IMG/VR virus record: IMGVR_UViG_3300014208_000001
Span: 101,318-165,317 of that record
Direction: 5' to 3' (one strand)
Source of the DNA: a virus
Taxonomy: Duplodnaviria > Heunggongvirae > Uroviricota > Caudoviricetes
DNA: 64,000 bases
In this document: positions 49,769 through 59,951 of the stretch, piece after piece
Layout: every line of letters starts with the position of its first letter
Position numbering within the stretch: the first letter of the stretch is position 1
Program-made: the position numbers and the translations under genes
Notes under the pieces: model-generated
Databases searched by the model: none
The model's input: only the letters and a program-made list of their open reading frames with translations
Told to the model about the DNA's origin: nothing

Positions 49769-49994
49769 ATATTAATGTGTGTAATAGTGCACTTACTGCA
49801 CCATGTGATAATGAATAGCCATTACCATCTACAAATGCTTTAGATAATGTATTAATCCATGATATTAGACATTTTGATTCATCACCACTTCCGGCGTCGG
49901 GTTGATACTCGAGTACCGATTTTATTAATTCATCACTTGTCGCGCTTTTGCTCATGATTGATTTTTGCCCCATTATGCCTAATTTGTTCATCAC
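49710..49994 (-). CDS. Hypothetical protein (94 aa)
   Basis: Operon context. Confidence 0.6.
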   Translation of the reverse strand: MMNKLGIMGQKSIMSKSATSDELIKSVLEYQPDAGSGDESKCLISWINTLSKAFVDGNGYSLSHGAVSALLHTLICAKLRTERLVRERDNVLST

Positions 49995-50084
49995 GCCATA
50001 AATATCCTATAAATATACCAAACAATACAATTACTGTAAGAATTGAAACTGATTGAAGCCAATCAAGGAATTCAGCTATATTTA

Positions 50085-50345
50085 TCATTTATCTCTCAAT
50101 TCTTTAATTTGGTACTTTTGCCAAACAGCATGCTTATTATTTTGCAATGTAACCCATATACCATGTGACCATTCACAATCTACTATAGCTATTTCACCTA
50201 GTTTATTAACAGCGATCATTCCAGCATTTGATTTATCTGGTATTTCAATTGTTGGAGCAGTAATAGAAGCCACAATCAACATACCAACAAAAATACCCAA
50301 AACTAAAGCAAGTGCAATAACCTTATTCATAGCAAAACCCTTCAA
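50085..50345 (-). CDS. Small membrane-anchored protein
   Basis: N-terminal hydrophobic helix. Confidence 0.65.
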   Translation of the reverse strand: MKGFAMNKVIALALVLGIFVGMLIVASITAPTIEIPDKSNAGMIAVNKLGEIAIVDCEWSHGIWVTLQNNKHAVWQKYQIKELRDK

Positions 50346-50637
50346 TCATTTTGATAGCGTCTGAAATAGTTGATTCTGACCAAGACAAAATCTCTGGTAA
50401 TTTTCCATCAGAACATGTCGCTGTCAAAATCTGCCCATCATTAAAGCATTCTATATCAGCATATTTATCACCTTTTCTAATTGACATACAAATACCACTA
50501 TCTGTGCTTAAATCAACATATTTTGGTGGTGTAGTAAACATTTCATATGCAATATTAGCTAATCTTTCAGACAATTCATTAGGAAGTTCACGGTCCTCAT
50601 ATTGAAAAGATTTTAATCTTGCAATTCTACTATTCAT
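50323..50637 (-). CDS. Hypothetical protein (104 aa)
   Basis: Operon context. Confidence 0.7.
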   Translation of the reverse strand: MNSRIARLKSFQYEDRELPNELSERLANIAYEMFTTPPKYVDLSTDSGICMSIRKGDKYADIECFNDGQILTATCSDGKLPEILSWSESTISDAIKMIEGFCYE

Positions 50638-51017
50638 TATAACCCTTTAAAACACCACAAACAATCAAGTACATTATTTTTAAGCACATCAAAATTATAT
50701 TCATGATATTTTATAACATTGATTTTTTCAATGCCTCTCGGGCTAGTCATCTGTCCGGTACAAATTTCAATACCGTAACCAGTTAACATTATAAAATAAA
50801 CACATTCAGACATCACATACAATTTAATTTCTAAGGCATTACGATACGCATAATATTTTACATTAAATTCATCATCAGATGATAAAAATATATCACCATT
50901 AAATTGTTTAAGCCCTAAAATTGAACATATATCATCAAAAATTACACGATATGCATCAGGCATTGTATTTAATGGCGACGGCGACCATGGTTTTGAGTCA
51001 CTCATATATAATAACAA
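50637..51017 (-). CDS. ILND family member
   Basis: AYRVIFDDIC; KYHEYNFDVL. Confidence 0.65.
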   Translation of the reverse strand: MLLYMSDSKPWSPSPLNTMPDAYRVIFDDICSILGLKQFNGDIFLSSDDEFNVKYYAYRNALEIKLYVMSECVYFIMLTGYGIEICTGQMTSPRGIEKINVIKYHEYNFDVLKNNVLDCLWCFKGL

Positions 51018-51364
51018 ATCCTATTGTAATCTGCCCATTGGATTTCAACACTGTTAATTTCAATATGCTCATTACTCATATGAATATTAATTGATCTATC
51101 TAAATAAACAGAACATATATTACTATGTAACACTAATTGAGCTGCTTTAATTCTATATTTTTTATACATGCAAAAATCGACAATGTCACTTAACACAACA
51201 CTATACACATCACATATATTTTCCCACTTAAAATACACAACCGCACTTCTGTATATATGACGTTTTGAATAAATAGTATCAGCTAACTCACAATATTTAC
51301 CATCAATATTAATATATATTGGTGATGATGTTTGCAATACTGAATTATAGTAAAATAACATCAT
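51002..51364 (-). CDS. ILND family member, tandem paralogue of the next gene
   Basis: VYSVVLSDIVDFC; WADY. Confidence 0.7.
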   Translation of the reverse strand: MMLFYYNSVLQTSSPIYINIDGKYCELADTIYSKRHIYRSAVVYFKWENICDVYSVVLSDIVDFCMYKKYRIKAAQLVLHSNICSVYLDRSINIHMSNEHIEINSVEIQWADYNRICYYI

Positions 51365-51744
51365 CTAATCCCAAAAATAGCACTTCTATCATAATCAGCC
51401 CATGAAACTATATAATCATCTATATCAATCATAGATGGCGTCATTTTGACACCATGTGGCGGTCCTGGTGAATCTAATCTAAACGAAACCCTGCATTCAC
51501 CAGGTTTAATAATAGCAGATGTTATTTCATATTTATATAAAATACAAAATTCAACAATATCAGTCAATGCAATACTATATAATTCAGATATTTCAAAGAA
51601 TTCTTTATAGTATTCTATATCAAGCCTATATACATACTTATTTATTTTCTTACACAATGAAATATACCCACCATCGTGTTGAACATATATTAGTGATGTG
51701 TATACATCAGTCCAACTACCTACTACATAAAATTTAATATGCAT
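51361..51744 (-). CDS. ILND family member
   Basis: LYSIALTDIVEFC; WADY. Confidence 0.7.
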   Translation of the reverse strand: MHIKFYVVGSWTDVYTSLIYVQHDGGYISLCKKINKYVYRLDIEYYKEFFEISELYSIALTDIVEFCILYKYEITSAIIKPGECRVSFRLDSPGPPHGVKMTPSMIDIDDYIVSWADYDRSAIFGIR

Positions 51745-52120
51745 ACTCCTTTATAATATCGTTTAATGACACAAAATCACTATATTTAATTGTAAGATGA
51801 TTGACGTCATCTTGATATAATTGAGTTACTCTAATGTTACTATTTTCCACAAATTGTATAAAAAGTTTCATAATTTGACATCGATAAATCATTATAATCT
51901 CTGTAACCTTATCGCCTTCAAGTATAGAGTAACATTGATATAATTCTATATTATCATCATAGAATTCACATACATCATGTAAAGCAATATTAAATATTTC
52001 ATTATCGATTTTGATAAAAAACGTATGGGGTGACGTCATATTTTTGGTCATAATATTCATATAATAATCATCTTTCTTACAATATATGCCACGACAATGC
52101 GTGGTGAAAAATTCTGTCAT
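51734..52120 (-). CDS. ILND family member
   Basis: IFNIALHDVC; KYSDF. Confidence 0.65.
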   Translation of the reverse strand: MTEFFTTHCRGIYCKKDDYYMNIMTKNMTSPHTFFIKIDNEIFNIALHDVCEFYDDNIELYQCYSILEGDKVTEIIMIYRCQIMKLFIQFVENSNIRVTQLYQDDVNHLTIKYSDFVSLNDIIKEYAY

Positions 52121-52488
52121 AATAATTTTAAATGTTTTGTAATAGGATCTATGTTCTCATGATAATCTGGTCCAATAGCCAAACATGTAATGGTTGGTTC
52201 TTTGAATTCTGTCTTACCATTATCAGTAATCATATGAACTTCAAGACCAGCAATATATGCTTTATTATAAATGTCATTCAATTCTTCTAATGAATCGACA
52301 CGCACACAAATTTTGGCAAATGACCCATTCATCCATTGTGAAACAACATCACTAGCATTTTCATTATTCTTAATCAAATTAATCAAACACATATTAGATG
52401 CGTGCGCACCCTGTGCTATCATTTTGCCTTTCCGCATTGGCGGATTAGTATCTGTTCGCATCACAATAACTTGTTTTGGTATTGACAT
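52117..52488 (-). CDS. pth2: Peptidyl-tRNA hydrolase, Pth2 type
   Basis: KQVIVMRTD, GKMIAQGAHA, KICVRV, DNGKTEF, TCLAIGP. Confidence 0.93.
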   Translation of the reverse strand: MSIPKQVIVMRTDTNPPMRKGKMIAQGAHASNMCLINLIKNNENASDVVSQWMNGSFAKICVRVDSLEELNDIYNKAYIAGLEVHMITDNGKTEFKEPTITCLAIGPDYHENIDPITKHLKLL

Positions 52489-52536
52489 ACAATTCTCCTT
52501 AGAAACTCTTACAAAACCATCTTAATTTTGTAAATG

Positions 52537-53064
52537 TTACGGTTTTTTCAAAAATTCGAAATATGCAATAAATGCTTCTTTTGTATCTGGTTCATTTATC
52601 AATTCTACCGCTTTACTGTATACTTTTTTATCAACAATAATACTACTTTTAATAATATTCTTATTACTTAATCTATTAAAATGTTCATACATCACTGCTT
52701 TTCTAGTTGGTAATTCACTCAAATGATTAATCAATCCATTATATTGAATATAATTTAATGATACTGGCGTATAATCATTTGGCCATTCGGTAGGATAACT
52801 AATAGAAAAATCATTTTGATTAAGAGTTATAAGTGTATGCGCCAGCTCAATATATAATTCAGAGCCTTTATTTAAAGCGGTAGCTGTGCGTATGCCAATA
52901 TTATATTGATTTATTTCATGCAAAAACACATTATGAATCACACTCTTGATAAGTTTCAACCCACGCTTATGCGAAAATGATTTAGTTGCTATATTATAAT
53001 AATCTTTACCGTTTTTCTCATATATTGTGCCCGATGGTTTTTGAGCATAGTAATATTTAATCAT
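52537..53064 (-). CDS. ILND family member
   Basis: IHNVFLHEIN; N-terminal YYY...IY module. Confidence 0.6.
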   Translation of the reverse strand: MIKYYYAQKPSGTIYEKNGKDYYNIATKSFSHKRGLKLIKSVIHNVFLHEINQYNIGIRTATALNKGSELYIELAHTLITLNQNDFSISYPTEWPNDYTPVSLNYIQYNGLINHLSELPTRKAVMYEHFNRLSNKNIIKSSIIVDKKVYSKAVELINEPDTKEAFIAYFEFLKKP

Positions 53065-53110
53065 GTTTCATTACTTTCTTCGGAATCGGAAACAAACTCC
53101 TAGAGAACTA

Positions 53111-53317
53111 TCATGAGTACCAACAAGCCAAACCAAATAACAGCATGAGAAGAGACACGCCAATTCCGGTTCCTACTTTTTGATTTCTATCACGAGCCCC
53201 AGAAACAAACCAAGCTTGAGCAACTCCCGTAGGACAAATAACAGTAGCAGTCATCCAAACAGCCCAAGACCATCTTGAATCTGGGTCTTTAAACTCAGAG
53301 AACTCTTTCATAATCAT
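53111..53317 (-). CDS. Small two-TM membrane protein
   Basis: Two hydrophobic segments. Confidence 0.6.
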   Translation of the reverse strand: MIMKEFSEFKDPDSRWSWAVWMTATVICPTGVAQAWFVSGARDRNQKVGTGIGVSLLMLLFGLACWYS

Positions 53318-53373
53318 ACGTCCTCATCTTTAAATACGCATTAACGAAAAATTAATTTAATGTAACACATTAC

Positions 53374-53739
53374 ATGTATTATATTGGGGTATACCACTCG
53401 TCGACAATATACCAATTGCACAATGATAAATTATACGACTTTGGCAAAAATCAACAATTTAGATCTTATTATGATGATCGTTATCGCTTAATACAACCTT
53501 TATATATAATAATATTAGACGACGTAAAAAAATTATGCCGTATCATAGCAGCCAAAATCAATGATGACAACAATTTAGAAATACACGCCGTTATGTTAAA
53601 TGATCATAAAATACCAGGAGTTTTTACAAAAATAATATGCGATGAAACACATCTATTATTATATAGAAATGGTGTTTTATATCACACTACACCATTAGTT
53701 GATTATCAAAATTTTATAAATATATTGCAACAACTCTAA
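53374..53739 (+). CDS. ILND family member (inverted orientation)
   Basis: LYIIILDDVK; PLVDY. Confidence 0.65.
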   Translation: MYYIGVYHSSTIYQLHNDKLYDFGKNQQFRSYYDDRYRLIQPLYIIILDDVKKLCRIIAAKINDDNNLEIHAVMLNDHKIPGVFTKIICDETHLLLYRNGVLYHTTPLVDYQNFINILQQL

Positions 53740-54251
53740 TATCTGTCATCGAATTCTGATACATTTTCTTTATAATATGCATCATTTATGTCGTCAATAA
53801 TACTAACTAATTCATCAATTGTTTTAAACATATTATCAAGATCAGCGTCAACTATCACCATATTCCAAAACAATCTCTCACCATCAAATACTACGTATCC
53901 AGATGAATCAAATTCACCATCTAATTCGTCTGCACTAAGTCCAAAACATATATGCGTATTGCTGATATTAATATCAAAATAAAAATCTTTAATCGATATT
54001 CTAATTTGTAAGAATATAGGAGAATCAGTATATGATACAAAATATGACACAAAATCAAATTGCCTATCAATACAATATTGAAATACAGCATTTAAATATA
54101 CACAATGCAATTCATGTGTAACACTACGTACAACATCGACATTATCGGATGCATATAATTTATCGATACTTATAACTTGACGATTATTGATAAGAGGATA
54201 AATATGAAGTATGACAAGATGATCATTGCTTATGTATTTAAATATTACCAT
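53736..54251 (-). CDS. ILND family member
   Basis: LHCVYLNAVF. Confidence 0.55.
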   Translation of the reverse strand: MVIFKYISNDHLVILHIYPLINNRQVISIDKLYASDNVDVVRSVTHELHCVYLNAVFQYCIDRQFDFVSYFVSYTDSPIFLQIRISIKDFYFDINISNTHICFGLSADELDGEFDSSGYVVFDGERLFWNMVIVDADLDNMFKTIDELVSIIDDINDAYYKENVSEFDDRY

Positions 54252-54410
54252 ATTTTTTCTTAACCATTAAAATCGCATCTATAACAGTAGCCGATGGATT
54301 AATCGCTCTCAAATTAACTAACATTCGATTTAATTGAATTCTACGATATCGATGCATCAATCTAATACGTTCAGCTTTAGATGTATTTATGCCAAATTGA
54401 TTTTTCTGCA

Positions 54411-54758
54411 TTATAGTAATGCTCCTTTTATATCATCGACGAAACGATCAATATCATTACAAAATCTGATGTGTTCATTTAATATATTTAAAAATTCACT
54501 ATCATACTCACAAATATTAATACTATTGCGCAAACTGGGAAATGATGTATGAGCTTTAAATTCACCATATACCCAAATATAACATAAAGTATGAAATTCA
54601 ATCGAATTACTAATATGTATAACAATTCGTGCTTTAATTTTACTATGTATAATATAATCGATTGCAATAGTGTCATCGACGGCAGTAATTTTAGCTTTAT
54701 TAGTTGACGACAACCACTTCTTTACATCACATGTAATAATATTGATCAAATCACTCAT
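54411..54758 (-). CDS. Hypothetical protein (115 aa), weak ILND-like
   Basis: SDLINIITCDV. Confidence 0.6.
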   Translation of the reverse strand: MSDLINIITCDVKKWLSSTNKAKITAVDDTIAIDYIIHSKIKARIVIHISNSIEFHTLCYIWVYGEFKAHTSFPSLRNSINICEYDSEFLNILNEHIRFCNDIDRFVDDIKGALL

Positions 54759-55365
54759 TTATGCCCCATACATCAGGGCTTATACGGCGTGCAATACGCG
54801 CAACAACTATTTTATGAGCATCGTTAATAAGTTGATTAAATTTATCATCATCGTTTTCACATTGAGTTGGTAATTTATGATATTCATTCCATGAATCTGT
54901 TAAACAATCCATACATTTACGTTCATCTAATGTGAGAGATCCTAATGGATTATCATAACTACTGATCATTTCATTCCACCAAGTACTAAATGTATTATCT
55001 AATACAGTATAATCTGTTATGCTTGATGAATAAATAATGGTATCGTCATAACAATTAGATTCTTTAATTTTAATAGTGCTTAGTGTGGCATCGATCACAA
55101 TCACTTTACCAGTTATTGTATTAGTAACATATACAGAAATATTATCGTCTTCATCACCATCTTTATAACCACTTTTATAGCCGCTAATTGAAACGTATCT
55201 ATTTCCTTTAAAATAATTGAAAATATCATTTAATATTATGTTGAATACTTCATTTTTAATTCTGAAATATTGATCTTTTTCGAATTTATAGACAATATTG
55301 CCTTTGTCCATATACGGCACAATATTTTGATGATTATCATCACACAAAAATATACAATCACTCAT
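54751..55365 (-). CDS. ILND family member with a C-terminal extension
   Basis: VFNIILNDIF; SITDY; probable ATG at 55365 (ATGAGTGA overlap). Confidence 0.65.
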   Translation of the reverse strand: MSDCIFLCDDNHQNIVPYMDKGNIVYKFEKDQYFRIKNEVFNIILNDIFNYFKGNRYVSISGYKSGYKDGDEDDNISVYVTNTITGKVIVIDATLSTIKIKESNCYDDTIIYSSSITDYTVLDNTFSTWWNEMISSYDNPLGSLTLDERKCMDCLTDSWNEYHKLPTQCENDDDKFNQLINDAHKIVVARIARRISPDVWGINE

Positions 55366-55525
55366 CTTTAGGAAGCCTGTCATTTATATCACGCAATATC
55401 CAAACGATATCTTTCAAACAATCAGCAACACTTTGCGCAAGTTCTTGGGCTGTGCACTCTCCAGACACCATAGTAAGCTCATCAATTTGCTTACTAACAT
55501 CTTGTAAATCATTAAAAATACTCAT
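55358..55525 (-). CDS. 55-aa helical protein missing from the ORF track
   Basis: MSIFNDLQDVSKQIDELTMVSGECTAQELAQSVADCLKDIVWILRDINDRLPKDE; overlaps both neighbours. Confidence 0.7.
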   Translation of the reverse strand: MSIFNDLQDVSKQIDELTMVSGECTAQELAQSVADCLKDIVWILRDINDRLPKDE

Positions 55526-55869
55526 TTTACCCACTTATCAAGAATGTTAAAGTCAAAATCTTGAAAGTTAACTGTTTGAATTGATCGCATACCGCCGTGA
55601 TTTTTATAACATATTCTAATACGCTCATCATCATAATTATACATTGCCGATATCATTATGTAATTATAACTATTACAATAATTCATATAATGATCAATGA
55701 TTACACAATGCACTTCAGGCAATTTAATTACATCGGTACCATGATGAATATACTTTGTATTATGCAATTCTTTTGATATTAAAAAATTATTAAAATATAT
55801 CAAAGACCAAAAAGGTCCTAATCCTATTGATTCAATCGGATCTGCACCTGATTTCATATAAGTATACAT
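55522..55869 (-). CDS. ILND family member
   Basis: VHCVIIDHY; NFQDFDFNIL. Confidence 0.55.
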   Translation of the reverse strand: MYTYMKSGADPIESIGLGPFWSLIYFNNFLISKELHNTKYIHHGTDVIKLPEVHCVIIDHYMNYCNSYNYIMISAMYNYDDERIRICYKNHGGMRSIQTVNFQDFDFNILDKWVK

Positions 55870-55910
55870 ATTCTAATATTGCAAAGCAAGCAAAAATCGT
55901 AAATCAAACA

Positions 55911-56657
55911 TTACTTTTTAACACCAATAAAATAAAACGTCTGATTTAATGGATCATCAAAATTAATATCACATCTATGCATTATATCAAATAATCTACA
56001 CCATTCGTCAAAAACTTTAAACTTAACACGAATAGGATGCCCAACATCATACACAGATTCAATATCTAATCCATCATAACACCTCTCACCAAAAACAACT
56101 ATACCGCCAATTTTAAGACACTTATATAAATTATTTAGGACACTCATAGCGTCTTGAACATGCTCTAACACATTAATACAAATAGCTATATCGAATTTAT
56201 TAACAATATCTAATTCTTCAGCTTGTTTGCATAGTAATTCTGTTGGATACTCTAAAAATTTACCGCTTTTATAAAAGCATCCTTCATGGTCCATGTATTT
56301 ATCTAGTAATGGATCTAATAGTGTTACACTATTTAAGTTTCTGTTTTCACATATAGTTTGTAATTGTGTGAATGGGCCACATCCTATTTCGATAGCGTTG
56401 CCAATATTGTTTGGTATACATTTATAATCATCGAATAATATTTTATGTTCGTGATTTCGATCAGATTTGGCGGCTGTCCAATATTTTAGCCAGCCATCTG
56501 ATTCGAATTTTTGTGCTGTTTGCCATCTGTCGTTATCAACTTTAATTATGCCATTGTCATTGTGCCAATATTTGTTATCATTTATATGTTTTAGAGCTTC
56601 ATTTGCTTTATCATCATATAAAATGTCGATTGGTGAACCGATCCAAATTTTCATCAT
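55911..56657 (-). CDS. Class I SAM-dependent methyltransferase
   Basis: AIEIGCGP, CINVLEHVQD, LKIGG. Confidence 0.85.
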   Translation of the reverse strand: MMKIWIGSPIDILYDDKANEALKHINDNKYWHNDNGIIKVDNDRWQTAQKFESDGWLKYWTAAKSDRNHEHKILFDDYKCIPNNIGNAIEIGCGPFTQLQTICENRNLNSVTLLDPLLDKYMDHEGCFYKSGKFLEYPTELLCKQAEELDIVNKFDIAICINVLEHVQDAMSVLNNLYKCLKIGGIVVFGERCYDGLDIESVYDVGHPIRVKFKVFDEWCRLFDIMHRCDINFDDPLNQTFYFIGVKK

Positions 56658-57080
56658 TTATCCATAGAGTTGAAGTAATGATTCAAGACTTATGTAATCA
56701 ATATATTCTATTATTTTAATTAACTTTTGGTCTTTAAATATAGTAATATTATGATAATCATATTTTATTTTTATACTATTATATGTGACAGAAATAGCAT
56801 TGATGTCAGTATCAGTATCAGTATCAATCTCAATCTCATCATATTCAATTTCATATGAATCAATTTCTTTATTTATGGATTCAAAAATATCACTCATTTG
56901 AAAGCCTTTAAAATACGTGTACCCACACACGTTATGTGCTGGAGTATAATCGATGCTTAATGCTTTATGGAATTTTGGTGGATCATTTGGCGGATCACTA
57001 CCCCAAAATAAATCACCACGTTTAATAATTTCATCTGATTGCATCACTCGATAACCATCGGGTATGGTATAATCGGTCAT
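56658..57080 (-). CDS. Hypothetical protein (140 aa)
   Basis: Operon context. Confidence 0.65.
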   Translation of the reverse strand: MTDYTIPDGYRVMQSDEIIKRGDLFWGSDPPNDPPKFHKALSIDYTPAHNVCGYTYFKGFQMSDIFESINKEIDSYEIEYDEIEIDTDTDTDINAISVTYNSIKIKYDYHNITIFKDQKLIKIIEYIDYISLESLLQLYG

Positions 57081-57715
57081 TTTATTAATTCTCTAATAAC
57101 ATTTAAATTACATATATCAGTATACATATCATTAGCAACATACAATTCGTCGACAGCTTTAAATGTATCAAGTGATATGCTGTTATTATGTTTATCATAA
57201 TATTTAATTATATTTTTATAATGTATAAATCCATAAATTTCGTATAAATACTTCTTATATTCTCTAACAGCAATCAAAACCCCATCATTAATTTTTCTAG
57301 CGGCATTTATAAATTTATTATCAATTATAATTTTATTACCTGATGTTGTTTTAACTTCTATATTATATGGTATTTCAAGCCATTCTCTTTTTATGTCCTT
57401 AGCGGTATTATCACCATTAAAATTTTTACAAGTTGTCGGGTACCATTCTTTTAGTAAAAGATATGGTTGATCGCTAATTAATAAGCATACAGCTAATTCT
57501 CCAAATATGCCTTTTATTATATTATCAGTACCACCGCTAGCCCCAGATTTCAATTTTACTCTCTCAATAGCACACCTATTTATATAGTTATATAAATCTT
57601 TAATTTTTGAATAATTTAAAAAATTAACACGATTTCCATTAATGATTTTATTCATTTCGAATGCGATTAACGTCGGATCAAAGTCGCATTCATCAGCAAT
57701 TTGATACGCATTCAC
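57077..57715 (-). CDS. Putative PD-(D/E)xK nuclease
   Basis: GIFGELAV...KDI...IEVKTT. Confidence 0.55.
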   Translation of the reverse strand: MNAYQIADECDFDPTLIAFEMNKIINGNRVNFLNYSKIKDLYNYINRCAIERVKLKSGASGGTDNIIKGIFGELAVCLLISDQPYLLLKEWYPTTCKNFNGDNTAKDIKREWLEIPYNIEVKTTSGNKIIIDNKFINAARKINDGVLIAVREYKKYLYEIYGFIHYKNIIKYYDKHNNSISLDTFKAVDELYVANDMYTDICNLNVIRELIK

Positions 57716-57782
57716 TTTGTGTTTTTAACCTTTTCATATATCCTAATTATTAATAAATCTCGGGAGTCAGGCGGATGTTTAC

Positions 57783-58031
57783 TCACTTCTTCATGATCGT
57801 TGGCATCTTACGCAAAGCACTTCTAATCAACTTATAATTAACTTCATAATCAGGTATCTCACTCTCAGCTATTGATACAATTTTATCATCAATTATTAAA
57901 AATATTGATTTATCACCAACACTTTTAACCTTACCAGAATGATAAACATCACACCGACCCTTAACATCCTGCTCAGCAGCAGGAATACACTGAACAATCT
58001 GATATTCAACCAACTCACGTAGCCAGCCCAT
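57783..58031 (-). CDS. Hypothetical protein (82 aa)
   Basis: Operon context. Confidence 0.65.
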   Translation of the reverse strand: MGWLRELVEYQIVQCIPAAEQDVKGRCDVYHSGKVKSVGDKSIFLIIDDKIVSIAESEIPDYEVNYKLIRSALRKMPTIMKK

Positions 58032-58033
58032 GG

Positions 58034-58774
58034 TCAGATCTCCATTATACCATCTTCGTCTTGTAACCCATAGACATTGAAATCAGTCTCACCTATATTA
58101 TTATCTTTTTCATATTTATTGATACACTCGCAAATCATATTATATAAATAATCAGTTTCATAAAACAATACATTATCACATTCAGCAGTAGTCTTATGAC
58201 CAATATGTTTATTTCTATATATTTTATATCTATCAAGTTGACATTTACCAACATTGATAGATATTTTTAACTTTTTAAATGATATATCATCTTTATCATC
58301 ATCGGCTAAAATGCCAACAGCAACACACATAGCATATTTATATATAGATTGTCTCATATAATAAAACAATACATTATTATAACCACATTTGGCATCGCTT
58401 TTATGTGCGTCTATTATCTCTTTACATGCTTTAAGTGAATATACTATATTATGCACATTCCATTTAATATAAAGATATATTTTATATTCTTGGAATGACA
58501 CTTTTGTCTTTTGTGAGTATGTATAAAATTCAAACTCATCAACATAATTAACGCAAGCATTTTTGATCTTGATCATATCATCTAACACATTATTTTTATA
58601 TTTATTTATAGCATCAATTTTATTTTGCTGGTCCATAAAATCATTAGGAATTGATGATTGATTTAGAATATTTTTAACAAAATTTATAGCATAATATATA
58701 TTATCAACATCCTTATTATCAAATTCATTATGAATAACACTATCTATCAAATCGTCAATTTTGATGCGCTTCAT
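58034..58774 (-). CDS. Hypothetical helical protein (246 aa)
   Basis: Long uninterrupted ORF. Confidence 0.7.
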   Translation of the reverse strand: MKRIKIDDLIDSVIHNEFDNKDVDNIYYAINFVKNILNQSSIPNDFMDQQNKIDAINKYKNNVLDDMIKIKNACVNYVDEFEFYTYSQKTKVSFQEYKIYLYIKWNVHNIVYSLKACKEIIDAHKSDAKCGYNNVLFYYMRQSIYKYAMCVAVGILADDDKDDISFKKLKISINVGKCQLDRYKIYRNKHIGHKTTAECDNVLFYETDYLYNMICECINKYEKDNNIGETDFNVYGLQDEDGIMEI

Positions 58775-58812
58775 TCAAACAAAATACGCAAAAATCAACA
58801 CAAATTATAACA

Positions 58813-59199
58813 TCATAAACATGTTCTAGCATCATCAATAATATCACTCAAATTTTTTATAAATTCATCAGTATCATATGCTGCTATATTAGTATTATAC
58901 AATACATCCTTCTCATAATAATAATATCCTTTTGACTTATTTATTGAAACACATTCAGAAATAAAAACAACTATATTATCATTATTAAAATCTATCATAC
59001 ATACTATTATATTATCATTATTATAAGTTCTAATACAAACATCATGAACACCACTCAATAAAGAATAAATATCATGCAAAATAACACTACTAACATCGTC
59101 AGCAAATGGCATATACTTTAATTTAGATGTATCATGATTAGTAATCCTACCATATATCATATATGGCAATATATTACCATTATTAGCAATAATAAACAT
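58813..59199 (-). CDS. ILND family member
   Basis: VSSVILHDIY; NIAAY. Confidence 0.65.
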   Translation of the reverse strand: MFIIANNGNILPYMIYGRITNHDTSKLKYMPFADDVSSVILHDIYSLLSGVHDVCIRTYNNDNIIVCMIDFNNDNIVVFISECVSINKSKGYYYYEKDVLYNTNIAAYDTDEFIKNLSDIIDDARTCL

Positions 59200-59399
59200 A
59201 ATTCACACTTTCTTAATCACATCCCCAAAAACCACATACAAAACTTTACAAAACTCACCACCATAACAACACACACGACCATCACACACATTAAAGGAGA
59301 AAAACAAATTACAAACACGCACTAGAAATCAACTGGACCAAATAGCACAACATCAACCAAAAATACATTATAAAGCACACAAACACAAAAGAATATCAA

Positions 59400-59696
59400 A
59401 TGACAAAATTACTAATACTATCAATAGCCGCATTTATATGTGGAATCTGTAGTATAATTCCAGCAATGCTCACCATAATGTCATTCGACTCCCCAGGATC
59501 AGAAAACAACTACCCACTAATATCAGTAGCATATAGTTTATGTATATTACCAATCACATGCTTACTATCAATAATTATAGCATGGTCAATGCACTTCTAC
59601 AAATACTCCAAATACGCAACACAAATATTCTACGCCATATTAATCAATATAGTAATATTTCTAATATCACTCACAATTTTATTATTACATAATTAG
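59400..59696 (+). CDS. Small three-TM membrane protein, paralogue of 44290..44601
   Basis: MSFDSPGSENN followed by helices aligning with the paralogue. Confidence 0.75.
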   Translation: MTKLLILSIAAFICGICSIIPAMLTIMSFDSPGSENNYPLISVAYSLCILPITCLLSIIIAWSMHFYKYSKYATQIFYAILINIVIFLISLTILLLHN

Positions 59697-59951
59697 CACA
59701 ACAAGTATGTAATAAAACTAACTATGCCAAAAGACCTACAATACATCAATAGACATAGACACCCAAATAACCAATATCCATCATGATCACAACAATTTTA
59801 CGACGAAGAAATTATACGGATGCGATTCAATACAACAATATTGTAATTTAAAAATTGAGCATACTCCAAAATGCCCAATATGTGGAATCACACGCGGATT
59901 CGCCAGCGGAACAGGCGACTGCGAATGTGAAATAAGTTAACCAAAAATATG

